DNA from: Clostridiales bacterium UBA929
Lineage (GTDB): Bacteria; Bacillota; Clostridia; Oscillospirales; UBA929
NCBI GenBank assembly: GCA_002293625.1
Contig: DBDP01000062.1
Span: 25,376 to 69,611 of the forward strand
Length of the DNA: 44,236 nucleotides
Direction of reading: 5' to 3'
A program made the position numbers and the translations under genes. Positions 32,380-40,267 of the stretch are shown here, in pieces. Below the pieces are notes generated by a model. It was not told the DNA's origin and searched no databases. It saw only the letters and a list, made by a program, of their open reading frames with translations. Every line of letters begins with the position of its first letter. Position 1 is the stretch's first letter.

Positions 32380-33162
32380 TTACCCTCCGACTCCTTCATA
32401 ACGCCGTATCATATGCCTGTAAAGCCAAATCCCAAACAGCAAGAAAACTCCGCATGGCAGAATAGCCGCGTACGCCGTCCAGCTCACGTTTCCGAGCAGC
32501 GCGGAGGCGGGGAAAAACCCGATCACGCTCACCGGGATAATGAACGAAGCGATCCCCCTGATTGCTTTGGGGAAAATGCCTGCGGGGTACTTTCCAAAGG
32601 TTTTAACGCTGTCATAAATTTCCGGGATGCGGGAGTTCCCCACCCACTTGAACGAAGTGGCCGCCATGATCATGCTGAACCCCGCCATCACGCAGAATCC
32701 GGCGGCGAAGAACAATAGGAAACGCAGCACTCCGAGCAACGTTACCGCTCCCACATGGGCAAGCGAAACGCCGAACATCACACCGCCGCCGATGACGATT
32801 CCCGCGAACTCCGGCTCAAAGCTCGTTGTGATGAGGAAGGTTAACGCGCTGAGGGGTTTTAAGAGAACCACCTCAAAACTCCCCTCGCGCACATGCTGCA
32901 TCGTCGTCCACAGTACCTCGTTGAAGACAATTCCCGACAGTCCTTGCGAGAGGGTAAAAATAGACTGTATCAGCAGTATCTCATAAAAACTCCAGCCCGG
33001 AAAGCTCGCTCCGGAGCGATAGATCAAAATTGTCACAAGCGGAAACGCGAGATTGAAACCCAGCGTGATAAAGAATGACAGCAGAAAGTTCAAACGGTAA
33101 GACGCCGCGCGAAGCATCGCCGTCCTTACGCAGACTTTATAAATACGAAAGAATTTAATCAT
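32380..33162 (-). CDS. ABC-2 family transporter permease (DUF990-like)
   Basis: 260 aa from the ATG at 33160-33162, with six predicted TM segments. The N-terminus MIKFFRIYKVCVRTAMLRAASYRLNF is typical. The track's 107-aa extension overlaps the upstream permease and was rejected. Confidence 0.75.
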   Translation of the reverse strand: MIKFFRIYKVCVRTAMLRAASYRLNFLLSFFITLGFNLAFPLVTILIYRSGASFPGWSFYEILLIQSIFTLSQGLSGIVFNEVLWTTMQHVREGSFEVVLLKPLSALTFLITTSFEPEFAGIVIGGGVMFGVSLAHVGAVTLLGVLRFLLFFAAGFCVMAGFSMIMAATSFKWVGNSRIPEIYDSVKTFGKYPAGIFPKAIRGIASFIIPVSVIGFFPASALLGNVSWTAYAAILPCGVFLLFGIWLYRHMIRRYEGVGG

Positions 33163-33179
33163 CACCAACCAACTTTCCC

Positions 33180-34010
33180 CTACGCGCCAACCGCCGTAAA
33201 CCGTCTCATGGCTCTTCGGTACAGCACCTCCGAGAGCAGAAACACCACGACTACCGCGACCGCTTGAATCCCGACAATCGCGGGAAGCGAAAATTCTCTG
33301 CCCGCGAGCGAGTATCTCCCGAGGAAAACCATCGCCGGAACATAAGAGGTATACTGGAACGGCAGGAAAAACTGTACGCTTTGAAACGCCGCCGGGAAGA
33401 GTGCCAGCGGGATCAGCGCGCCGGAGAAGATGCTGCTGATTAAGTTGTACACCATTCGTATTCCTTCCGCCCGTACGAGCCAAAAGGACGCCAGCCCAAG
33501 GCAGTAGTTGACATAGAAATTCATGAAAAACGCCAGCACAACCGAAAGAACGAGCCAGCCAAAATGCGCCGGACGCATATCAATGCCGAACAAGAGGGAG
33601 AAGATCAAAACGCAGGGAACGAACTCCACGGCTATCCCCAACACACGGTGACCAAACTTTTGCGACAGCGCAAAAAAGCGGTGGTTGAGCGGGCGGAGAG
33701 CGAACGTAAGGAATTTCCCCGTGCGGATCAGCATTGACAGGTTCCAGTCGGCGAAATCCATCACGACATACCCGATCAGCGCCGTCGCGCCGAAGTAACG
33801 TATCATTTCAAAAAGCTCCATGCCGCCGAGTGCGTTTGTCCCGGAGCCGTAAACCGCGTTCCATATGTAGTACTGCACGATGAAATACACCGGCCCGACA
33901 AATATAGAAACCATGGAATGGGTGCGGAACGCCCCCCACTCCTTAAACGTGACCCACGCCACCGCCCCGCAGACGCTCAGCTTTTGCCGTATCAAGCGTA
34001 TCGCGTTCAT
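33180..34010 (-). CDS. ABC-2 family transporter permease (DUF990-like)
   Basis: A 276-aa polytopic membrane protein. Its start lies 3 nt after the upstream stop. Confidence 0.75.
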   Translation of the reverse strand: MNAIRLIRQKLSVCGAVAWVTFKEWGAFRTHSMVSIFVGPVYFIVQYYIWNAVYGSGTNALGGMELFEMIRYFGATALIGYVVMDFADWNLSMLIRTGKFLTFALRPLNHRFFALSQKFGHRVLGIAVEFVPCVLIFSLLFGIDMRPAHFGWLVLSVVLAFFMNFYVNYCLGLASFWLVRAEGIRMVYNLISSIFSGALIPLALFPAAFQSVQFFLPFQYTSYVPAMVFLGRYSLAGREFSLPAIVGIQAVAVVVVFLLSEVLYRRAMRRFTAVGA

Positions 34011-34013
34011 CGG

Positions 34014-35171
34014 TTACAGCAACCCCGACCAGATGACGTACTTCGTGTTGTGGATGGGGATTAAGTTGAACTGACCGCTGTAATACGGCATGAAAACGTT
34101 CGCGACAAAGTCCTCCTTCGGGTCGATATACAGCCAGCAGACACCCGCGCCCTCATGCCCGAAGGTGCCCTCCGTCATGTGGTTAAACGGTTTGTTCGTC
34201 ATGACCTCAAAGCCGAGGCCGCAGTAATGCACTTCGTCCGCTCCCCAGCAGTAATTGCGGAGGTTGTCATGCTTGAGGTGCGACCAAGACATATTCTCCA
34301 CCGATTTCCGGCCGACAATCCGAACGCCGTCCAGGGAACCGTTGTTCAAAAGCATCCGCCCAAATTTGTTGATGTCGGCTAAAGTGGATGAGATGCCCCA
34401 ACCGCCCTGCGGCAGAAGCGACCACGGTCCGCTTTTACGCTCCGCCGCAGGCGTAGGGACTTCATGCTCATTCGTTACGCAGACGCGCCCGAAAACCTCG
34501 TCCGGCAGATCATAAAAGGTTTCGTTCATCCCCAGCGGGTTTAGGATGTTCTCTTTGACAAACTCGCCGAGCTGCTTACCGCTGATTCGCTGGATGATTT
34601 CACCTAAAATGCAAAAGCAGTGCGAAGAGTAGATCCATTCCTCGTTCGGCTTGCGGCGCGGCTGCTGGGTCAGCAGCGCCTTGATCCAGTTTCCGTCAAA
34701 CTCATCGAGGTATTTCGACCAGTCCGTTTCGTAAGCATCGGGAAAAGCGCCCCAATCCGGCAGCAGACCGGAGGTGTGCGTCAGGAGGTTATACACCGTG
34801 ATACCCTTATGGAGCGGGGTGTCAAACTCCGGCAAATGCCGCGCCACGGTGTCGTTTATGTTGATATATCCCCGTTCCGCGAGCATAAAGAGCGCCGTCG
34901 CCGTGAACATCTTCGTTATGGATGCGATCCTTCGGATACTGTCGGGCAGCAAGGGTTTTTCCGGCGAGCGGTAATCGAGGGAACCGACCGCGTTGCGGGC
35001 GAATGTCTTCCCATGCCGCGTAAGGCAGTAAGAGCCTCCCTGCACGATTTTGTCTTCGATCATGCGCCTGATAAAATCGTTCAGGCGGTCTATGTAAAGG
35101 CTTTCGTAGCCCGCCTCCTCCGGTGTATAGGGAACTTCTCCTTTTGTGATTTGTGTGTTGAATGACGACAT
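34014..35171 (-). CDS. Beta-lactamase-fold serine hydrolase (class C/family VIII esterase-like), no signal peptide
   Basis: 385 aa with the SxxK motif (ASITK), LLTHTSG, and an HEG third motif. AAGGAG lies 8 nt upstream of the ATG. Confidence 0.85.
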   Translation of the reverse strand: MSSFNTQITKGEVPYTPEEAGYESLYIDRLNDFIRRMIEDKIVQGGSYCLTRHGKTFARNAVGSLDYRSPEKPLLPDSIRRIASITKMFTATALFMLAERGYININDTVARHLPEFDTPLHKGITVYNLLTHTSGLLPDWGAFPDAYETDWSKYLDEFDGNWIKALLTQQPRRKPNEEWIYSSHCFCILGEIIQRISGKQLGEFVKENILNPLGMNETFYDLPDEVFGRVCVTNEHEVPTPAAERKSGPWSLLPQGGWGISSTLADINKFGRMLLNNGSLDGVRIVGRKSVENMSWSHLKHDNLRNYCWGADEVHYCGLGFEVMTNKPFNHMTEGTFGHEGAGVCWLYIDPKEDFVANVFMPYYSGQFNLIPIHNTKYVIWSGLL

Positions 35172-35183
35172 TGAATCATCTCC

Positions 35184-36398
35184 TTAAATAATCCCCGACC
35201 AAATGATAATCTGTGTATTGTAGATCGCTTCGGGACACCAACCGCTGTCCGGCGGGTTATCGAACGGCACAAAAATCGCCGCCGTAAACTCTTCCACAGG
35301 ATCCATCAGGAGCGCAGAGAAGTCCGCGCCCTCATGAAAGAAGCTGCCCTTTGAATAAACGTATTCGGCGTCTTTTTTCATATCGAACCCGATGCCGAAC
35401 GCGCGGTCGGGATCGTTTACATTCCAAGCGTAATTCGGTATGTTTCGTAAAGTGTACGACGTGGCGCGTTCCAGGATCTTTCGCCCGACGATACGAACGC
35501 CGTCCAGCCGCCCTTTATACAGGCACATGTTTCCGAAGCGAACCATGTCAGCAATTGTGGAGGTAACCCCGCCGCCGGTATCGGGAATCTGGTTCCACAG
35601 ATTATCCGCCTTACCTTCATCCATACCGCCGTATATAAGACGACTAAAATATTCCCTGTGTCTCTCACTTTTGACAATATGCCGCTTCGCGAGTTCGGGA
35701 GTCAAACCCAAAGCCGTATCGTTCAGTCCGAGCGGGATAAAGATTTCATCCTTCATATATTCGCTCGCCGGTTTTCCGCTGACTTTCGCGATGATTTCCC
35801 CGAGAACCGTGAATCCGAAGGTGCAATATTGCCACTCCACACCCGGTTCCCGTCGCACCCCGCCTTCCAATGCCGCCTCTAGCCAGTTGAACTCTCCGGC
35901 GGTCTTTGAGTCAAGCGAGGCGTATGTTTGTATGTACTCGTCGACAAGTTGATAGTAGTCTTTTCGTTCTTTCATGTCGGGGTAGCCGTCGTTTTTGTCG
36001 GGCATCATGCCGGAGGTATGGGTCAGAAGGTGGAACACGGTAATCTTCCAAAACGGATCCTTCTTAAATTCCGGCAGAATCGTCTGCACCTGCGTATCGA
36101 GCCGGAAATGCCCGTCCTCAATCAGCTTGAGAATCGCGACGGTGGTGAACAGCTTCGTCACCGACGCGATACGGTTCGTCGTGTCCGGCAGAAAGGGTTT
36201 CGTGGGGTTGTCGAACTCTAGCCGCCCCATCGCGTTATGCGCAAAAATCTTGCCCCTGCGCGACAGGCAGTAGGAAGCGCACTGGAGACTGCCGCTCTCG
36301 ATCAGCTTCCAAAGGTGCCGGTGGAGCGCGTCAAGCCGCGAAACGTCGTACCCCGCTTCCTCCGGGGTGAAGTCGGTTCTGCCTCGGATGATTTCCAT
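35184..36398 (-). CDS. Beta-lactamase-fold serine hydrolase (paralog), no signal peptide
   Basis: 404 aa from the ATG at 36396-36398 (GGGAGGA 7 nt upstream). It has the SxxK motif (ASVTK), LLTHTSG and FHEG. It shares TPEEAGY, DGVRIVGRK and a C-terminal IWSG with the neighbouring paralog. Confidence 0.85.
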   Translation of the reverse strand: MEIIRGRTDFTPEEAGYDVSRLDALHRHLWKLIESGSLQCASYCLSRRGKIFAHNAMGRLEFDNPTKPFLPDTTNRIASVTKLFTTVAILKLIEDGHFRLDTQVQTILPEFKKDPFWKITVFHLLTHTSGMMPDKNDGYPDMKERKDYYQLVDEYIQTYASLDSKTAGEFNWLEAALEGGVRREPGVEWQYCTFGFTVLGEIIAKVSGKPASEYMKDEIFIPLGLNDTALGLTPELAKRHIVKSERHREYFSRLIYGGMDEGKADNLWNQIPDTGGGVTSTIADMVRFGNMCLYKGRLDGVRIVGRKILERATSYTLRNIPNYAWNVNDPDRAFGIGFDMKKDAEYVYSKGSFFHEGADFSALLMDPVEEFTAAIFVPFDNPPDSGWCPEAIYNTQIIIWSGII

Positions 36399-36432
36399 TG
36401 CAAGATCCTCCCGTTCATTGTGTTGATGGAAC

Positions 36433-36441
36433 AGTATACCA
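36433..36441 (-). promoter_or_regulatory. Possible extended -10 promoter for the hydrolase/ABC-2 operon
   Basis: The minus strand reads TGGTATACT about 35 nt upstream of the start codon. I found no convincing -35 element. Confidence 0.35.
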
Positions 36442-36503
36442 TGTAAATTGGACAACAATGCGTCATGTTTTAATTTTCTGCGCAAGATTAGGAAGCGTTT
36501 TCT

Positions 36504-36527
36504 GGGACGCGGAAACCGCGCCCCTAC
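36504..36527. repeat. CTAC-flanked hairpin downstream of recN
   Basis: GGGACGCGG AAA CCGCGCCC CTAC, with one mismatch in the stem. Confidence 0.55.
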
Positions 36528-36559
36528 AATATATCAGAAAAATCTCCCAAAATCAACAA

Positions 36560-38191
36560 CTATCGGTTGTTTTTATACAATTTTGCCTGCGTGAGCAGTT
36601 CCTCCGCCGTTTTCCTCGCGTTGTCCGTGACCGGTATACCGGCCATCAAACGCGCCAGCTCTTCCACACGCTCACCGTGATTGAGTTTTTGGACGCGGGT
36701 AACGGTACGCTCCCCCTCCACGGCTTTCTCCACGCGGAAGTGCGTGTCGGCGAACGCCGCGATCTGCGGCAGATGGGTTACGCACAGCACTTGTTTGCGG
36801 CGCGAAACCGCGCAGAGCTTCTCCGCCACCCGCTGCGCAGCCCGCCCCGAGACGCCGCTGTCCACCTCGTCAAACACCATCGTCTGCACAGTGTCACCCT
36901 CGGCCAAAAGGTTTTTCAACGCCAGCATGATCCGTGCCATCTCACCGCCGGAGGCAATCTTCGAAAGCGGCTTAAACGGTTCACCGACGTTTGTCGCGAT
37001 GGAAAACCGAACGCCGTCGCAGCCGGAAGCGTGCGGCTCTTTTTCCTCCATGTCAACGGCGAATTTTACCTTTCCCATATCCAGCTCGGACAGTTCCCGC
37101 GCCATCCGTTCCTCCAAGCGCCGCGCCGCTTCGCGCCGCGCCTCGCTTAACAAATGCGCTTCGGCAAGCAAAGCGCTCTCGGCACGGGCAATCTCACCGT
37201 CCAGCTCCGAAAGCCGCCTGTCGGAGGTTTCGAGCGCTTCCAACTCGCCTTCCCAGCGATCGGCGGCTTTCAATATTTCCTCCAAGCTCATATTGTGCTT
37301 GCGGCGAAGGCGGCTCAACGCGTCCAGCCGCGCTTCGACCTGCTCTAGTTCCTCCTCGGATTCTTCCATCTCCTCATGAAATGCCCTCGCCTCCTCGGCA
37401 CAGTCCCGCAGGGCATATTGCAGTTCTCTCAGACGCTCCGCCGCCTCCGCCAACTCCGGGGCAAGCCGTGCTGCCTGCGTCAGATCGTCCGCCGCAGCTT
37501 CGCAAAGCCCGCAAGCGCCGCTGCTGTCCTCGTCACCGTACAGAGAAAAGTACGCGCCGCTGAGCGCTTCGCGAATCGCCGCCGCGCTCCGCAGCGTTCT
37601 TTTTCGCGCGGTAAGAGCATCATATTCATCGGGAATAGGGTCAAGCTCCCGCACTTCCCGCAGGCGGTATGTAAGCATATCAATCCGCGCGGCTTTTTCA
37701 TCTTCCGCAACGGAAAGCGTTTCTCGCTCGGCACGGAGTTTCTTCCACGAGCCGTACAATTCCGCGTAACGCTCCGCCGATAATCCGGCAAACGCGTCTA
37801 GGTAACCGATGTGCGTTTCCTCACGCAGCAGAGCTTGGCTGTCGTGCTGCCCGTGGATGTTCACAAGCCCGTCGCCCGTTTCCCGCAGAACCGCGAGTGT
37901 CACAGGCTTGCCGTCCATCCGGCAAAGGTTCCGCCCGTCCTCGCGCAGCTCTCGCTGTAATAACAGCTCGTCCCCGTCCGCGGAAGCGAATACGCCGCTC
38001 ACTTCGGCGGCTTCGTGACCTGATCGAATTAAATCGCGAGACGCCCTCTGCCCAAGCACCGCGCTTAGGGCGTCGATGACGATCGACTTACCCGCACCCG
38101 TTTCGCCGGTCAGGATGTTCAGCCGCGCGTCAAACGCGATATCGCTGATGTCGATGACCGCGATGTTTTCAATGTGTAAAAGGGAGAGCAT
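36560..38191 (-). CDS. recN: DNA repair protein RecN
   Basis: 543 aa with Walker A (GETGAGKS), a long coiled-coil, and a C-terminal signature/Walker B region (SGGEMARI...MVFDEVDSG). Confidence 0.95.
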   Translation of the reverse strand: MLSLLHIENIAVIDISDIAFDARLNILTGETGAGKSIVIDALSAVLGQRASRDLIRSGHEAAEVSGVFASADGDELLLQRELREDGRNLCRMDGKPVTLAVLRETGDGLVNIHGQHDSQALLREETHIGYLDAFAGLSAERYAELYGSWKKLRAERETLSVAEDEKAARIDMLTYRLREVRELDPIPDEYDALTARKRTLRSAAAIREALSGAYFSLYGDEDSSGACGLCEAAADDLTQAARLAPELAEAAERLRELQYALRDCAEEARAFHEEMEESEEELEQVEARLDALSRLRRKHNMSLEEILKAADRWEGELEALETSDRRLSELDGEIARAESALLAEAHLLSEARREAARRLEERMARELSELDMGKVKFAVDMEEKEPHASGCDGVRFSIATNVGEPFKPLSKIASGGEMARIMLALKNLLAEGDTVQTMVFDEVDSGVSGRAAQRVAEKLCAVSRRKQVLCVTHLPQIAAFADTHFRVEKAVEGERTVTRVQKLNHGERVEELARLMAGIPVTDNARKTAEELLTQAKLYKNNR

Positions 38192-38201
38192 ATTTCACCT
38201 C

Positions 38202-38657
38202 TCAATCCGCCAGTATAGCCTTCAGCTGCTCCGCCAGATTCTTCGCTTCGGCGTCGCCGCGCAGGGCGATAAACGCCGTATCGTCTCCGGCCAGCGTTCC
38301 GGCGACGGTGGGGTTCGGTGACGCATCCAGCGCCGAACAGGCGGCTTGCGCCATACCGGGCAGGGTCTTGATAATCACAAGGTTCTGCGCGATGTCGATG
38401 GATGTGACGCTTTCGCGGAAGATTGTCCGCAGCCGTGCCGAGAGAGCGTCGTCGGGAGCCTCACCCGGCAGCGCGTAACGGTATATGCCTTTATCCGAGA
38501 GAACCTTATAAAGCCGCAGTTCGCGAATGTCCCGCGATACTGTCGCCTGCGTGGCTTCCATCCCCTCCGTCCGCAAAAGGCGCAGTAGTTCTTCCTGCGT
38601 CTCCACGTCCCGTTTTCCTACAATTTCCACGATCTTTTCCTGTCGTCTCCGCTTCAT
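38202..38657 (-). CDS. argR: Arginine repressor
   Basis: 151 aa with a winged-helix N-terminus (QEELLRLLRTEGMEATQATVSRDIREL) and a C-terminal oligomerisation domain (GTLAGDDT). Confidence 0.9.
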   Translation of the reverse strand: MKRRRQEKIVEIVGKRDVETQEELLRLLRTEGMEATQATVSRDIRELRLYKVLSDKGIYRYALPGEAPDDALSARLRTIFRESVTSIDIAQNLVIIKTLPGMAQAACSALDASPNPTVAGTLAGDDTAFIALRGDAEAKNLAEQLKAILAD

Positions 38658-38669
38658 GAAAAACCCCTC

Positions 38670-39467
38670 CTACAGCCGGTGAATCCGTGCGTTGTCAAAA
38701 AAATGACTGCCTTCCGGCTCCAGACAGCGCAGCGTCATTTCGGATATCCGCAATTCCACCGCTTCCCCTTCGTCTAGACGCGTCGGTTCCTCTCCGTCGG
38801 CAGAGAAAAAAATATGCCTGCGTTCCGCGTGGGAGGGTTTTATTATCAGCGTCCTGTCGGGGGAAAGGACAAACGCGTGGTTCCGTGACGCGTGCGCGCA
38901 AATGGGCGTAACCAGCATACAGGACAGCAGCGGGTCGGCGACCGGCCCGCCCGCCGAAAACGCGTACCCCGTGGACCCTGTCGCGGTCGACACGATTACC
39001 CCGTCTCCAAGGAATGAACCGAGGGTAACGCCGTCCGCCTCGATGTCCACGGACACCGTCTGAACGGCGGCACCCCGCGAAAACACCGCATCATTGACGG
39101 TGAGAACGGAACGCACAACTTCGCTTCCCCGCAGCACCCGCGCTTCCAAGACGGAGCGTTCCGCGACCGGGAACCCGGCAAGCCCACGCAAAACATCGAG
39201 GTTGTCGGGACTTACGCGCGAGAGGAACCCCGTATGCCCCAAACAGACACCCAGCACCGGTACGCCGCACGGCAGCGCCAGTTTCGCGCAGCGCAGAAAG
39301 GTTCCGTCGCCGCCGAGGGACAGTACCGCGTCCGCATCGTCAAACACCTCCGGATTTCCCTCATAATCGGCGCAGGAAATGTTCTCGGAACGGAGAATAT
39401 CACGGATTTTTTTTGTAACGCGAAGATCGGGGTCTTTTTCTTTGTTTGTAAAGAGTACCGCTTTCAT
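38670..39467 (-). CDS. nadK: NAD kinase
   Basis: 265 aa with the GGDGT motif (LSLGGDGTFL) and STATGSTGYAFSAGGP. Confidence 0.9.
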   Translation of the reverse strand: MKAVLFTNKEKDPDLRVTKKIRDILRSENISCADYEGNPEVFDDADAVLSLGGDGTFLRCAKLALPCGVPVLGVCLGHTGFLSRVSPDNLDVLRGLAGFPVAERSVLEARVLRGSEVVRSVLTVNDAVFSRGAAVQTVSVDIEADGVTLGSFLGDGVIVSTATGSTGYAFSAGGPVADPLLSCMLVTPICAHASRNHAFVLSPDRTLIIKPSHAERRHIFFSADGEEPTRLDEGEAVELRISEMTLRCLEPEGSHFFDNARIHRL

Positions 39468-40267
39468 ATCAGTTCCTCATGGGCGCTCCGCACCGCGCGG
39501 CTTAACACTTCGGAAGACAAGACCTCTTCCCCTCCGGCGGTCAGATGCGCCAGAAATTCTATGTTCCCTTTCGGACCTTTAATCGGCGAAAAGGTTATGT
39601 CCTTTACGCCAAATCCTGCGTTTGCGGCGGACAAGGCAAAACCTTGCAACACCTCAAGATGCACCGTGGCGTCCCGCACCACGCCGTTTTTGCCAACCTT
39701 CTCCCGCCCGGCTTCAAACTGCGGTTTTACCAGACAAACCATTGGCGCGTCCGGGTGGAGAATCTGCCTGACCACCGGCAGAACCAGCGAAAGCGAAATA
39801 AACGAAAGATCAAGCACCGCCATGTCGGCGAAGTAGCTGTCAAGGTGTTTGCTTGTCAGGGAACGGATGTTAAAACGCTCCATGCAGGTAACCCTCGGAT
39901 CGTTGCGGAGTGCCCAAGCCAGCTGCCCGTAACCCACATCCACCGCCCAAACGTGCGCCGCGCCGCGCCGGAGCAAACAATCGGTAAACCCTCCGGTCGA
40001 AGCGCCGCCGTCCAATATGCGCAATCCTTCGACGGAGATTGCGAATGTATCCAGTGCCTTCATAAGCTTCAGCCCGCCCCTGCTGACAAACGCCGTCCGT
40101 TCGCGCACTTCAATGTCCGCGTCGGCGGAAAACCCCGCACCGGGCTTCTCCTCTTTCTGACCGTTCACGTATACGTCGCCGCTCATCACAGCGGCGCGCG
40201 CCTTCTCCCTGCTGTCAAACAGCCCCCGCCCGGTCAACAGGATGTCTAAACGTACCTTTTCAGCCAT
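39464..40267 (-). CDS. tlyA: TlyA-family rRNA (cytidine-2'-O)-methyltransferase
   Basis: 267 aa with an S4-like N-terminus (RLDILLTGRGLFDSREKA) and an FtsJ-type SAM domain (ILDGGASTGGFTD). Confidence 0.9.
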   Translation of the reverse strand: MAEKVRLDILLTGRGLFDSREKARAAVMSGDVYVNGQKEEKPGAGFSADADIEVRERTAFVSRGGLKLMKALDTFAISVEGLRILDGGASTGGFTDCLLRRGAAHVWAVDVGYGQLAWALRNDPRVTCMERFNIRSLTSKHLDSYFADMAVLDLSFISLSLVLPVVRQILHPDAPMVCLVKPQFEAGREKVGKNGVVRDATVHLEVLQGFALSAANAGFGVKDITFSPIKGPKGNIEFLAHLTAGGEEVLSSEVLSRAVRSAHEELI

